Assembly (NCBI GenBank): GCA_902524285.1
Contig: CABZCR010000006.1
Coordinates: 4,391 to 68,390, forward strand
Reading direction: 5' to 3'
DNA length: 64,000 nt
DNA from: an uncultured Pelagibacteraceae bacterium
GTDB lineage: Bacteria; Pseudomonadota; Alphaproteobacteria; Pelagibacterales; AG-422-B15
Shown: positions 42,794-53,343 of the stretch, piece after piece
How the letters are laid out: every line of letters begins with the position of its first letter
How positions within the stretch are numbered: position 1 is the first letter of the stretch
Position numbers and translations under genes: made by a program
Notes under the pieces: model-generated
The model's input: only the letters and a program-made list of their open reading frames with translations
Databases searched by the model: none
What the model was told of the DNA's origin: nothing

Positions 42794-44262
42794 AGTTTGT
42801 TCCCAAGTACGATTTCAGCGGCATTTAATACCGCTTTAGCTTTATTTACAGTCTCCATATATTCAAGTTCAGGATCACTATCATAAACTACACCGCCTCC
42901 AGCCTGAACATATAATTTATTTTTAGTAATTATCCCTGTTCTTAAAACGATGCAAGTATCCATATCTCCTGATGGAGATATGTAGCCAATTCCACCTGCG
43001 TAAATACCTCGGACATCACTCTCTAATTCATCTATAATTTGCATTGCCCTTATTTTTGGCGCGCCCGATACTGTTCCAGCTGGAAACCCTGCCATTAACG
43101 TTTCAATTGTACTGATATTTTTTTTAAGTTTTCCAGTCACATTAGAAACCAAGTGCATTACATGAGAATATTTTTCAATTATGAATTTGGCGGTTACGCT
43201 TACAGTTGATTTTCTTGCTACTTTACCGACATCATTTCGGCCAAGATCTAATAACATTAAGTGTTCTGATGTTTCTTTTTCGTCTGAAAGTAGGTCCAAC
43301 TCGTACTTTCGGTCCTGTTTTATGTTCTTGCCGCGCGGCCTTGTACCTGCGATAGGTCGCAAAGTTATTAAATCAGATCTAAGTCTGACAAGAATCTCTG
43401 GACTTGAGCCAACAATTTGAAAATTAGGTAAATTAAAATAATACATAAAAGGTGAGGGGTTAGTTAATCTCAGTACTTTATAGAGCGAGCTACCTTTACT
43501 TTTAAAATTAGTTTCAAATCTTTGACTTGGAACTACCTGAAATATGTCACCAGCTTTAATATATTTTTTTGCTTTTTTTATATTATTAATAAATTTTGAC
43601 TTAGTTATATTTGATTTAATTTTAAGTCTCTTTTTTTTATCGAGATTAATTGCTTTATTGTTTACTTTTTTATAAAAGCTATTTTCAATACCATTTAATT
43701 CGTTTAAAACTTGTTCATATTCTTGAGTTTTTTTTACACCAGATAAGAAATGTTTTAATATATATAAAGAATTAGAAACATTATCATATACAATTAATAT
43801 CTGAGGAATAAATAGTATAAGTTCAGGAGTCTTTAAAGTATTCTTTTTTTTGAACTTAGATATGTCTTCGATGTTATAAATATTTTCATATGATATATAA
43901 CCAAAAAAAGCTCCTGCCATAGGTGGCAGTTTTTTGTCCTTTAAAAATTTGTATTTACTTATTGTTCTATCAATCTTTAAAAACGCATTTTTATTTGTAG
44001 AAGAATGTTTTTTTTCTTTGACTTTTTTTCTATTGTTTATTTGTATTGTTTTAATTGTATTGTAACCACATATTGAATATCTTCCCTTAGTCTTACCTTT
44101 TTCAACAGATTCATAGAGAAAGCTGAAATTATTGTTTTCTACAATATTAATAAACTCAGGAATAGGGTCAGATTTAAATTTTTTTATTTTTTTAAAAAAA
44201 ATAAAATTATTTTTATTTTTAAAGGATGTTAAATATTGATTTTTAGTATGAGAAAAATTCAT
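42790..44262 (-). CDS. trpE: anthranilate synthase component I
   Basis: GDIFQVV, NPSPFM, GSSPE, PIAGTRPRG, PAGTVSGAPK. Confidence 0.96.
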   Translation of the reverse strand: MNFSHTKNQYLTSFKNKNNFIFFKKIKKFKSDPIPEFINIVENNNFSFLYESVEKGKTKGRYSICGYNTIKTIQINNRKKVKEKKHSSTNKNAFLKIDRTISKYKFLKDKKLPPMAGAFFGYISYENIYNIEDISKFKKKNTLKTPELILFIPQILIVYDNVSNSLYILKHFLSGVKKTQEYEQVLNELNGIENSFYKKVNNKAINLDKKKRLKIKSNITKSKFINNIKKAKKYIKAGDIFQVVPSQRFETNFKSKGSSLYKVLRLTNPSPFMYYFNLPNFQIVGSSPEILVRLRSDLITLRPIAGTRPRGKNIKQDRKYELDLLSDEKETSEHLMLLDLGRNDVGKVARKSTVSVTAKFIIEKYSHVMHLVSNVTGKLKKNISTIETLMAGFPAGTVSGAPKIRAMQIIDELESDVRGIYAGGIGYISPSGDMDTCIVLRTGIITKNKLYVQAGGGVVYDSDPELEYMETVNKAKAVLNAAEIVLGNKL

Positions 44263-46106
44263 TACATGAACAGTTTATCTATATTTTGATCATAAATTTC
44301 ATAAGATGAATTTTGAATAATTTCTGATGCCATTATATCAACTAGTGATGAATTAAAATTATTGATTATATTTATTTTAACAGAATTATAAAAATCATCA
44401 GAAATTTGATTTCTTGGCATAATAATTTCAGTAACAACACCAATTCCAATTTCTCCGTCCGAGGTTATAATTTTAAATGGTTGATTAAGTTTATTATTAA
44501 ATGCATTGAAAACTGTTTCATTCTGAAAGTCTGAGTTTGTACGATTTATCTTCTCAAATTTTAGCAAATTATAATCATTATTAAGCACATATTCAGAAAA
44601 AGAATCTTCTTTTTCTATCTTAATTGAATTTAAAATTTCATTAGATAGTTTATCTAGGTTTTTATTTTTTTGCTCGGCTACATAGTCAATTATAACTTTT
44701 TCTTTGATTTTTTCTAAATCAGGTACGTAAGATTTTTGCTTTTCTTTAACTGTATAAATATAGGCGATATTTTCTTTGATTATTATTTCTGAAATAAATC
44801 CGACTGGAGTATTTTCATTCAAAAAAGAATTTTCTTCCCCTAATTTTACTACAAATTGTTCAAAATCAACATTTTCATATACTTTGATGTTCACGCTATT
44901 TTCAACTATCTCATCAAACGTATAATCATTAATTAGCAATTCATCTAAAATATTAATGGCGTCATCAAATTCTTGATATGCAGCCTCTAAAGATAGGTAT
45001 TCTAGAATTTCATTTTCAACAGTTTCAAAATCTATAACTTTTTCATCATTTACTTTATTTACCTTAAATAAATAAAACCCTAAATCATCGTAGCCAATGG
45101 GTTCGCTCAAGGTATTAACATCTAATTTAAAAATTAACTCTGAAATATTTTTAGAGAAAGTACCACCAGTAAATTTATCTATATTTGAAAGCTTAAAATC
45201 ATTTATTTTAATGTACTCATTAAAATCATTAATATTTTTACCTACTACTGCATCGTAAAAATCATAAGCTTCTGACTCATTGCTAAATCTTATAAATTGA
45301 ATATTTCTGCTTTCTTCTTCAGTATATTGATCAATATTGTTGTTGTAGTAATCCTGAGCTTCAACAGTATTAATACTCTCTTTTCTTTTAAAATCATTTA
45401 TGTTTACTTCAATAAAGTCTATAGTAGTCTTCTCAGGAATTAGATAATTCGATTTATTATCCAAATAGTAATCATTGATTAAATTGTTGTTTGTATCAAT
45501 TTTAACTTCATTTTTATTCAATAAAAAATAACTAATTGTTCTCTTTTCACCTTCATAGTCATATAATTCATTAATAATTGCGTCATTTATGTAATTATCA
45601 GCATTAAAACTCTCAAAAATAGTACCTTGAAAAATATTATTTTCTATTTCTCTCAGAAAAGTTTCTTCAGACTGAAAATTGTTTAAAATAAAATTTTTGT
45701 ACTTAATATTAGAAAATGTTTCATTACTGTCTTTGAATTCATCTAGATTAGATATTACTAATTTCAAAGATTCTTCATTTATATATATACCTCTTTTTTT
45801 AGCATAATCGTTAACCATTTTAGAATAAATGAGGTCTTGAAGCAGTAGATTATGAAGTTTCAACTCATAAGCTTCTTTGAGACTTAAATTTGAATTGGTA
45901 TTTTGATTATAATCTCTTACAGTTTGTTGAAACTTTATATAAAATTCATCAAGTGATATTTTTTCATTACCTACTTTTGCAGCAAGTTGACTGTTGCCAG
46001 AAGAAAGTATGTCTCCCACGCCCCACAGAGCAAAACTTAAAACCATTATAGCAAGAAGTATTTTGCCAAAAATCGATGAAACTAAATTTCTTATTATATC
46101 TAACAT
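44262..46106 (-). CDS. ppiD: PpiD-like SurA-N-domain periplasmic chaperone
   Basis: N-terminal anchor LSFALWGVGD then AAKVG; usual position between trpE and the divergent tpiA. Start taken at ATG 46106 (MLDIIR). Confidence 0.8.
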   Translation of the reverse strand: MLDIIRNLVSSIFGKILLAIMVLSFALWGVGDILSSGNSQLAAKVGNEKISLDEFYIKFQQTVRDYNQNTNSNLSLKEAYELKLHNLLLQDLIYSKMVNDYAKKRGIYINEESLKLVISNLDEFKDSNETFSNIKYKNFILNNFQSEETFLREIENNIFQGTIFESFNADNYINDAIINELYDYEGEKRTISYFLLNKNEVKIDTNNNLINDYYLDNKSNYLIPEKTTIDFIEVNINDFKRKESINTVEAQDYYNNNIDQYTEEESRNIQFIRFSNESEAYDFYDAVVGKNINDFNEYIKINDFKLSNIDKFTGGTFSKNISELIFKLDVNTLSEPIGYDDLGFYLFKVNKVNDEKVIDFETVENEILEYLSLEAAYQEFDDAINILDELLINDYTFDEIVENSVNIKVYENVDFEQFVVKLGEENSFLNENTPVGFISEIIIKENIAYIYTVKEKQKSYVPDLEKIKEKVIIDYVAEQKNKNLDKLSNEILNSIKIEKEDSFSEYVLNNDYNLLKFEKINRTNSDFQNETVFNAFNNKLNQPFKIITSDGEIGIGVVTEIIMPRNQISDDFYNSVKINIINNFNSSLVDIMASEIIQNSSYEIYDQNIDKLFM

Positions 46107-46156
46107 TTTTTTACTATGATGGTATAAATTAGAGTTTATAAAAGGAATAATCACGA

Positions 46157-46897
46157 ATGAAAAGGGTTAAATATACTATCGCTAATTGGAAGATGAATGG
46201 CTTAAATGGAGCTGTAAAGGTAGTTAATTCGATTGACAGACATATTAAAAAAACAAGACATAGAAAATCTAAAGTTGTCATTTGTCCCCCTTTCACATTG
46301 TTGACTAATTTTATTAACGCAAATACTGGAATTAATTTTGGGGGCCAAGACTGTCATCACTTAAATGAAGGTGCATTTACCGGATGTATCAGTGCTCAAA
46401 TGCTTAAATCTGCAGGATGCAAATATGTCATAATAGGCCATTCAGAACGAAGGGAGTATCAAAAAGAAACATCAAAAGAACTTAATTTAAAAATTGATAT
46501 TGCAAACAAGTATAATTTAAAAATTATTTACTGCATAGGTGAGAAATCTAGTGAAATAAAGATTAGAAAAAAAATTCTTAACAGTCAGCTCAGCTCACTT
46601 CCAAAAAAAATAAATATAAAAAATCTTATTATTGCTTACGAACCTGTCTGGGCCATCGGGACAGGTAAAACCCCAACAAACGGTGAAATCAATAGAATAC
46701 ATTTGGATATTAGAAATTTACTTTCAAAAAAAATTGGTAAATCTAAAAGTCAATATATCTCAATATTATATGGAGGGTCAGTCAATCCTTCTAATGCTAG
46801 TGATATTTTAAATTTAGATCAAGTAGATGGTGCTTTAGTGGGTGGCGCATCTTTAAAATCAAAAGATTTTAGTAAAATAATTGATTCTTACTCATAA
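46157..46897 (+). CDS. tpiA: triosephosphate isomerase
   Basis: ANWKMN, GHSERR, AYEPVWAIGTG, YGGSV. Confidence 0.98.
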   Translation: MKRVKYTIANWKMNGLNGAVKVVNSIDRHIKKTRHRKSKVVICPPFTLLTNFINANTGINFGGQDCHHLNEGAFTGCISAQMLKSAGCKYVIIGHSERREYQKETSKELNLKIDIANKYNLKIIYCIGEKSSEIKIRKKILNSQLSSLPKKINIKNLIIAYEPVWAIGTGKTPTNGEINRIHLDIRNLLSKKIGKSKSQYISILYGGSVNPSNASDILNLDQVDGALVGGASLKSKDFSKIIDSYS

Positions 46898-46910
46898 TTA
46901 GATATATAAC
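46881..46910 (+). promoter_or_regulatory. putative secG promoter (leaderless)
   Basis: TTGATT-N18-TATAAC with the ATG 7 nt downstream; no Shine-Dalgarno. Confidence 0.5.
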
Positions 46911-46917
46911 TCATTTT

Positions 46918-47229
46918 ATGGAAACATCTTTATTAATAATCCACGCTATACTTGCAGTTGTATTAATTATTGTTGTACTCGTTCAAAGAGCAGAGGGCGG
47001 TGCACTTGGCATTGGGGGCGGTAGTGACGGCACGTCTCCTCGAGGAAGCGCCGACATATTAACAAGAACAACCGCAATTATTGCTGTATTATTTGTTATT
47101 ACAAGTATAAGCCTAACTGTTTTAAGTTTAAAATCGTCAGATAGAACTCTTAATTTTGAAGATACAGGCACAGAGGAAACGAATGAAGGTTTAATTGAAG
47201 ATTTACCTGAATTACCACAACTAGATTAA
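46918..47229 (+). CDS. secG: preprotein translocase subunit SecG
   Basis: VLVQRAEGGALG, LTRTTAI; lies between tpiA and pyrG. Confidence 0.93.
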   Translation: METSLLIIHAILAVVLIIVVLVQRAEGGALGIGGGSDGTSPRGSADILTRTTAIIAVLFVITSISLTVLSLKSSDRTLNFEDTGTEETNEGLIEDLPELPQLD

Positions 47230-47234
47230 TACCT

Positions 47235-47265
47235 TTGATTTAATTAAGATTCTGTAGTATAAAAT
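47235..47265 (+). promoter_or_regulatory. putative pyrG promoter (leaderless or near-leaderless)
   Basis: TTGATT-N17-TATAAA, then ATACTTCC-ATG; no Shine-Dalgarno. Confidence 0.6.
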
Positions 47266-47271
47266 ACTTCC

Positions 47272-48894
47272 ATGACGCGATTTATATTTGTAACAGGCGG
47301 CGTGGTTTCATCTCTTGGTAAAGGCTTAGCTTCTGCTTCTTTAGCTTCTTTACTTCAACATCATGGCTATAAAGTAAGGATTAGGAAATTAGATCCATAT
47401 CTAAATGTTGATCCAGGCACAATGAGTCCATATCAGCATGGTGAAGTTTATGTAACTGATGATGGTGCAGAAACGGATTTAGATCTTGGTCATTATGAAA
47501 GATTCACTGGCGTAGTTTCTAAAAAATCCGACAATATTACCTCTGGAAGAGTATATCAAAAAATTATAACAAGAGAGAGAAAAGGGGAGTACTTGGGTGC
47601 TACAGTACAAGTTATTCCACATGTTACAAATGAGATTAAAGAATTTATTTCAAACGATCTTGAGCAAGAAGATTTTGTGATATGTGAGATAGGTGGAACA
47701 ATTGGTGATATTGAAAGCTTGCCTTTTATAGAAGCTATTAGACAATTTCACAATGATAATGGACATGAAAATTCATTATTTATTCATGTTACTTTGGTGC
47801 CATACATTGCAAGTTCAGGTGAATTAAAAACAAAACCTACTCAACACTCAGTAAAAGAATTGAGAAGTTTGGGTATACAACCAAATATTCTATTGTGTAG
47901 ATCTGACAGAATAATACCTGAAGGAGAAAGAAAAAAAATTGGTTTATTCTGCAATGTTCAACATAACTGTGTAATTCAAGCAATAAACGCAAAATCAATA
48001 TACGAAGTTCCAATTAATTTTTATAATGAAGAATTAGACAAGAGAGTCCTAGAATATTTCAATTTAAATACAAATAAAACTATAGATCTTAAAATGTGGT
48101 CTCAAGTTTCTAAACATGTTCTTGAACCTGAAGGAAAGGTCGTGATTGGAATAGTAGGTAAATATACAGGACTTGCTGATGCTTATAAATCACTGAATGA
48201 AGCACTATCTCACGGTGGAATTTTTAATAATGTAAAGGTTGAATTAAAATGGTTTGAATCTGAAGAATTAAATAGTTCCAATACGTCAAGCTTATTAGCA
48301 AATTGTCATGGCATTTTAGTTCCTGGAGGATTTGGTGAACGGGGTTCGGAAGGAAAAATTGCAGCAATTAAGTATGCGAGAGAAAACAAAATACCTTATT
48401 TTGGAATATGTTTTGGAATGCAACTTGCAGTTATAGAGATGGCAAGAAATATATTAGGTATACAGGATGCAAATTCAAGCGAATTCTCTAATTGCAATAA
48501 TTCAATTGTCGGTCTCATGACGGAGTGGATAACTTCAGATAATACGACCGAAAAGAGATCTAAAAATGACGACCTTGGCGGAACGATGAGACTTGGATCA
48601 TATGAAGCAAAATTAAAAAAGGGCAGTAAAATATATAATATATATAAAGACGAAATTATTAATGAAAGACATCGTCACAGATATGAAGTTAACAATAAAT
48701 TTGCTGAAGAATTTGAGAACAAAGGCGTTATATTCTCTGGTTATTCACCGGATGGATTGTTACCTGAAACTGTTGAATTGAAAGATCATCCATGGTTTAT
48801 TGGAGTGCAATATCACCCTGAATTAAAATCAAAACCATTTGAACCACATCCTTTATTTAAGTCATTTATAGATGCAGCAAAAAAGATAAAATGA
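47272..48894 (+). CDS. pyrG: CTP synthase
   Basis: [36 protein letters not shown]. Confidence 0.98.
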   Translation: MTRFIFVTGGVVSSLGKGLASASLASLLQHHGYKVRIRKLDPYLNVDPGTMSPYQHGEVYVTDDGAETDLDLGHYERFTGVVSKKSDNITSGRVYQKIITRERKGEYLGATVQVIPHVTNEIKEFISNDLEQEDFVICEIGGTIGDIESLPFIEAIRQFHNDNGHENSLFIHVTLVPYIASSGELKTKPTQHSVKELRSLGIQPNILLCRSDRIIPEGERKKIGLFCNVQHNCVIQAINAKSIYEVPINFYNEELDKRVLEYFNLNTNKTIDLKMWSQVSKHVLEPEGKVVIGIVGKYTGLADAYKSLNEALSHGGIFNNVKVELKWFESEELNSSNTSSLLANCHGILVPGGFGERGSEGKIAAIKYARENKIPYFGICFGMQLAVIEMARNILGIQDANSSEFSNCNNSIVGLMTEWITSDNTTEKRSKNDDLGGTMRLGSYEAKLKKGSKIYNIYKDEIINERHRHRYEVNNKFAEEFENKGVIFSGYSPDGLLPETVELKDHPWFIGVQYHPELKSKPFEPHPLFKSFIDAAKKIK

Positions 48895-49721
48895 TGAATA
48901 AAACAGTAAAATTGAATAATTTTGAATTTTCTAATCATGATAAATTAAATCTAATAGCTGGACCATGTGTCCTTGAATCGCATAGTCATGCTAAAAAAAT
49001 GGTTGAGGCACTCTTAGATATTACTACAAAATTAAAAATTAATTTTGTTTATAAGACCTCTTTTGATAAGGCCAACCGTACAAGTTTACATTCTGAGAGA
49101 GGTTTAGGAATTGATGCTTCATTGGAAATATTTAAATCTCTAAAAGACGAATATAAGATAAATATTTTAACAGACGTACATAATGTATCTGACTGTGAGA
49201 AAGTAAAAAACTATGTTGATATAGTACAGATTCCAGCTTTTTTATGCAGACAGACTGATTTATTAATTGCTGCAGCAAGAACTGATTTAATAGTAAATAT
49301 TAAAAAAGGCCAGTTTTTAGCACCATTAGACATGATTAATGTCTCTAAAAAAATTGAAGAGAGTGGCAATAAGAAAATACTTTTGACTGAAAGAGGAGCT
49401 TCATTTGGCTATAACAATTTAGTTTCTGATATGAGATCACTTGAAATTATGAAAAGTGAGATAGGGTACCCTGTAATTTTTGACGCAACTCACACCGTAC
49501 AATCACCCGGAGGAATGGGTGACAAAAGTGGGGGAGATAGAAAGTATGTGCCGGCTCTATCAAAAGCTGCTACGGCAGTCGGTGTTGCAGGTGTATTCAT
49601 GGAAACTCATAATGATCCAGATAATGCACCATCCGATGGACCAAATATGGTTAAATTAGAAGATATGAATGATTTGATAAAAAAACTCATTGAAATTGAC
49701 AATTTAGTCAAAGAAAAATAA
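48891..49721 (+). CDS. kdsA: KDO-8-phosphate synthase
   Basis: [35 protein letters not shown]. Confidence 0.97.
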   Translation: MMNKTVKLNNFEFSNHDKLNLIAGPCVLESHSHAKKMVEALLDITTKLKINFVYKTSFDKANRTSLHSERGLGIDASLEIFKSLKDEYKINILTDVHNVSDCEKVKNYVDIVQIPAFLCRQTDLLIAAARTDLIVNIKKGQFLAPLDMINVSKKIEESGNKKILLTERGASFGYNNLVSDMRSLEIMKSEIGYPVIFDATHTVQSPGGMGDKSGGDRKYVPALSKAATAVGVAGVFMETHNDPDNAPSDGPNMVKLEDMNDLIKKLIEIDNLVKEK

Positions 49722-49746
49722 GTATCTAAAGATAACATAGATATTT

Positions 49747-51015
49747 ATGCATTATATAAAAAATATAGTTTCCAGACAAATATTCGACAGCAGAGGCAAC
49801 CCTACTGTTGAAACAGACGTTTTTCTATCAAACGGAGTTATGGGTAGAGCCGCTGTTCCATCTGGTGCATCAACTGGTAAAAATGAGGCTTTTGAATTAA
49901 GAGATAACAAAAAGTCATATCATGGAAAATCTGTTTTAAAGGCAGTTGACAATGTCAATACCGTAATTTTCGATACAATTTCTGGCTATGATGTTCTTGA
50001 GCAAGAAGAAATTGATGAAACTTTAATAGAATTAGATGGAACATCAAATAAAAAAAGGTTAGGAGCCAATGCGATATTAAGTGTTTCTCTTGCTTGTGCT
50101 GACGCAGCTTCAAAGTATTTGGGTATACCCCTTTATAAATATTTAGGTGGATCTAAAGCATTTAGAATGCCAACACCTATGCTTAATATCATAAACGGAG
50201 GTGCCCACGCGAATAATAACTTATCATTTCAAGAATTTATGATTATACCCGTAAAATGTAAAACATTTACAGAGTCTATCAAAAAAGCATCTGAAGTTTT
50301 TCATACACTTAAACAAATTTTAGAAAAAAAAAATATATCAACCGCTGTTGGAGATGAAGGTGGTTTTGCACCAAATTTAAAAAATGAAGACCAAGCCTGC
50401 GCTCTTATAAAAGAGGCAATTACAAAAACAGGATATAAATTAGGAGAAGATTTCTTTTTGTCGTTGGATGTTGCAGCATCTGAATTTTATACGAATAAAA
50501 AATATAAAATTTTGTCAGAGAAAAAATCATTTTCTAGTGATCAATTTTCTGATTACTTAATCAAATTGTGTAAAAAATATTCTATTATATCCCTTGAAGA
50601 TCCATTTGCGGAAGACGACTGGAAAGCATGGCAAAAATTTAATCAGAATTATGGATCTGAAATACAAGTTGTAGGAGACGATATATTTACAACAAATATA
50701 GATTTAATTGCAAAAGGCATTAAAATAAAAGCTGCAAACGCTGTCTTAATAAAGGTAAACCAAATCGGAACGTTAACTGAAACCATGAAGGCAATAGAAC
50801 TTGCGCAATCTAATGGTTTAGAAACTGTTATTTCTCACCGATCTGGAGAAACAGAAAATACGTTTATTTCTGATCTATCAGTTGCAACAAATTCTGGTCA
50901 AATTAAAACAGGGTCAATGTCTCGTTCGGATAGAATTGCTAAATTTAACCAACTGATTAGAATTGAGGAATTTTTTAATTCTAAAAAATCATTAAAAATC
51001 AATAAGTTCTACTAA
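49747..51015 (+). CDS. eno: enolase
   Basis: DSRGNPTVE, VPSGASTG, GDEGGFAP, SHRSGET. Confidence 0.98.
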   Translation: MHYIKNIVSRQIFDSRGNPTVETDVFLSNGVMGRAAVPSGASTGKNEAFELRDNKKSYHGKSVLKAVDNVNTVIFDTISGYDVLEQEEIDETLIELDGTSNKKRLGANAILSVSLACADAASKYLGIPLYKYLGGSKAFRMPTPMLNIINGGAHANNNLSFQEFMIIPVKCKTFTESIKKASEVFHTLKQILEKKNISTAVGDEGGFAPNLKNEDQACALIKEAITKTGYKLGEDFFLSLDVAASEFYTNKKYKILSEKKSFSSDQFSDYLIKLCKKYSIISLEDPFAEDDWKAWQKFNQNYGSEIQVVGDDIFTTNIDLIAKGIKIKAANAVLIKVNQIGTLTETMKAIELAQSNGLETVISHRSGETENTFISDLSVATNSGQIKTGSMSRSDRIAKFNQLIRIEEFFNSKKSLKINKFY

Positions 51016-51088
51016 TTCAATATTAATTAAAAAGAACAAAAAGAGTCCAAAGAGCATTTTTTTTATTTTTTTCTACCTTTTTTATTCA

Positions 51089-51120
51089 TTGAAATTGTCC
51101 TGATTCGCCAAATATGATTC
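51089..51120 (+). promoter_or_regulatory. putative ftsB promoter containing two GANTC sites
   Basis: TTGAAA (51089)-N18-TATGAT (51113). TGATTCG lies in the spacer and GATTC overlaps the -10. Confidence 0.5.
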
Positions 51121-51131
51121 TCTTACTCTAC

Positions 51132-51446
51132 ATGAATAAGATTGTTACATTAATGATGGCCATTAAGAATTATTATTCTTATTTTTTTCTGCCATTAATT
51201 CTAATATATTTATTATTTAATATTTTTGACGGAAATAATGGTCTCTTGTCTCATTCTAGACTAAATGCAGAAATTGCGAGTCTTGAAACAAAGGTAAAAA
51301 ATATAAAAAGCAGCAATAGTTTATACGAGGTTAAAATCTCTTCTTTGCAAAAACATGACAAAAATACCGATCTAGTTGATGAACAGATAAGAAACGTTCT
51401 AGGCTACGGAAAAAATAACGAATTCATTATATTTTTTAACAATTAG
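51132..51446 (+). CDS. ftsB: septum formation initiator FtsB/DivIC
   Basis: One TM helix, G.NG motif, coiled coil, DLVDEQIRNVLGY; follows eno. Start uncertain (51114, 51132 or 51153). Confidence 0.85.
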   Translation: MNKIVTLMMAIKNYYSYFFLPLILIYLLFNIFDGNNGLLSHSRLNAEIASLETKVKNIKSSNSLYEVKISSLQKHDKNTDLVDEQIRNVLGYGKNNEFIIFFNN

Positions 51447-51495
51447 TATCCACTTGAAATTACATTGAATTACCATTAATTATGGTAAGGTATCA

Positions 51496-52419
51496 ATGCC
51501 AAATAACATATCTAAAGCTCTTTTAAGAAAGAAATTTTCTACAGTTGACAGTCCAGTTAAGCCTGCGTGGATAAAGGTTAAGGTCCAGATAGATAAAATT
51601 AACGAAATAAAGAAAACTTTAAAATCAAATAAAATCGTTACTGTATGTGAAGAGGCGATGTGTCCCAATATGTCTGATTGCTGGGCAAAATCCCATGCTA
51701 CATTTATGATACTTGGAGATATTTGCACGAGAGCATGCAGTTTCTGCAATATCAGTACTGGCAAACCAAATCAAGTTGATCACACTGAACCGTTCAGGGT
51801 CGCAAATTCTGTAAAAAAATTAAAATTATCTCATGTAGTAATTACATCTGTCGACAGGGATGATCTTATTGACGGTGGAGCTAAGCACTTTTCAAATGTA
51901 ATTAATGAGATAAAATTTAAATGTCCTAACACAACAATTGAAATATTAACTCCTGATTTTAGGAATAAAAAAAAATCGATCGAATTACTTTCTAAGTGTC
52001 AAATAGATGTATTTAATCACAACTTAGAAACCGTTAAGTCTTTATATAAAAGTGTAAGGCCAGGTGCTGAATATAATCATTCACTGTCTATTCTTAGGAA
52101 TATTAAGAAACTAAATCCTAATCTGTTTACTAAATCTGGAATTATGATTGGTTTAGGTGAGCAATTTTCTGAAATTATGAAGTTAATGGATGACTTGAGG
52201 TTTAATGATGTAGATTTCATTACTATTGGTCAATATTTAAGACCCACAAGAAACCATCATCCAGTAATTGAGTATCATAGTCCGGATTACTTTCATAAAC
52301 TCTACGACGAAGCCATAAGCAGAGGATTTAAAATAGTATCGTCATCACCTTTTACCAGATCATCATATCATGCAGAAGATGACTTTAAGAGGTTGAAAAA
52401 TATAATTTTGAATGCCTAA
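51496..52419 (+). CDS. lipA: lipoyl synthase
   Basis: TVCEEAMCPNMSDCW, CTRACSFC, RSSYHA. Confidence 0.97.
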   Translation: MPNNISKALLRKKFSTVDSPVKPAWIKVKVQIDKINEIKKTLKSNKIVTVCEEAMCPNMSDCWAKSHATFMILGDICTRACSFCNISTGKPNQVDHTEPFRVANSVKKLKLSHVVITSVDRDDLIDGGAKHFSNVINEIKFKCPNTTIEILTPDFRNKKKSIELLSKCQIDVFNHNLETVKSLYKSVRPGAEYNHSLSILRNIKKLNPNLFTKSGIMIGLGEQFSEIMKLMDDLRFNDVDFITIGQYLRPTRNHHPVIEYHSPDYFHKLYDEAISRGFKIVSSSPFTRSSYHAEDDFKRLKNIILNA

Positions 52420-52855
52420 ACAGGAAGAAAATAAGACTGTAAGTTATACAAAAGATCAAATGTTTGATTTAGTTGCTGATATTGATCGCTACGATGAATT
52501 TCTTCCTTGGTGCAACAATTCTAAAATAATCAATACAAGTGTAAAAGGTGATAAAAAAATTGTTATTGCTGATCTAGAGATCGGTTACGATCAATTCGTT
52601 TATACATACCGTAGTGAAGTTATACTTCATAAAGATAAAAGTGAAATAAATGTTCGTAACTTAGACGGGCCTTTTAAATATTTAGAAAATAATTGGAAAT
52701 TTATAGCTGTAAATGAATTAGAATGCGAAATTCAATTTAATATTGATTTTGAATTAAATGTTACACTTCTCGACATCCTTATGAAAAAATTTTTTGATCT
52801 AGCTTTTCAAAAGATGGTAGGCGCGTTTATTAGTCGTGCGAACGAAATATATTAG
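52412..52855 (+). CDS. RatA/Coq10-like START-domain protein
   Basis: MFDLVADIDRYDEFLPWC, GPFKYLENNW, AF..RA; usual position after lipA. Confidence 0.92.
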   Translation: MPKQEENKTVSYTKDQMFDLVADIDRYDEFLPWCNNSKIINTSVKGDKKIVIADLEIGYDQFVYTYRSEVILHKDKSEINVRNLDGPFKYLENNWKFIAVNELECEIQFNIDFELNVTLLDILMKKFFDLAFQKMVGAFISRANEIY

Positions 52856-53343
52856 ATTTTTGATATATTTTTAATAATTTCTTTTAATATGAACTCAGTA
52901 CTCTTTTCTTGAATTTTTTGCCTTGTTCTTTCCCTGAAAACTTTTTTAATTGTCTTATAATAATATTTATTTTTAATTTTTGTACCCATTCCAAAATAAA
53001 CGCAACCAACTGGTGTTCTTGTGCTTCCACCATTTGGCCCGGCAACTCCAGTGACAGATACTAATATCTCACTTCTGCTAATTTTTTGTAAACCTTTAAC
53101 CATTGATAAAGCAGTTTGATGGCTTACAGCTCCATATTTATTTATTGTTGTTTTAGAGACTTTTAAAAGATTTTTTTTCAAATCATTTGAATATGAAACT
53201 ACTGAGCCATCAAAAAAATCTGATGATCCACTAATACTGGTTAACTTAGAACTAATCATGCCACCAGTGCACGACTCAGCTAGACAAATACTAAACAGTT
53301 TATCTTTTCTTAATTTCTTGATCTTTTTAATATAGCTAAGCAT
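52852..53343 (-). CDS. cinA: CinA C-terminal domain protein (NMN deamidase PncC-like)
   Basis: AESCTGG, GSS, YSN, YGAVS, TGVAGPNGGS. Confidence 0.92.
   Translation of the reverse strand: MLSYIKKIKKLRKDKLFSICLAESCTGGMISSKLTSISGSSDFFDGSVVSYSNDLKKNLLKVSKTTINKYGAVSHQTALSMVKGLQKISRSEILVSVTGVAGPNGGSTRTPVGCVYFGMGTKIKNKYYYKTIKKVFRERTRQKIQEKSTEFILKEIIKNISKI

Noticed and set aside
51034-51048. Possible LexA box GAAC-N7-GTCC upstream of ftsB
   Set aside because: The second half-site deviates from GAAC/GTAC in an A-rich tract; not distinguishable from chance.
52412-52855. RatA as a toxin-antitoxin or defence system
   Set aside because: No RatB partner. The lipA-linked Coq10-like START protein is a conserved housekeeping gene tied to ubiquinone function.
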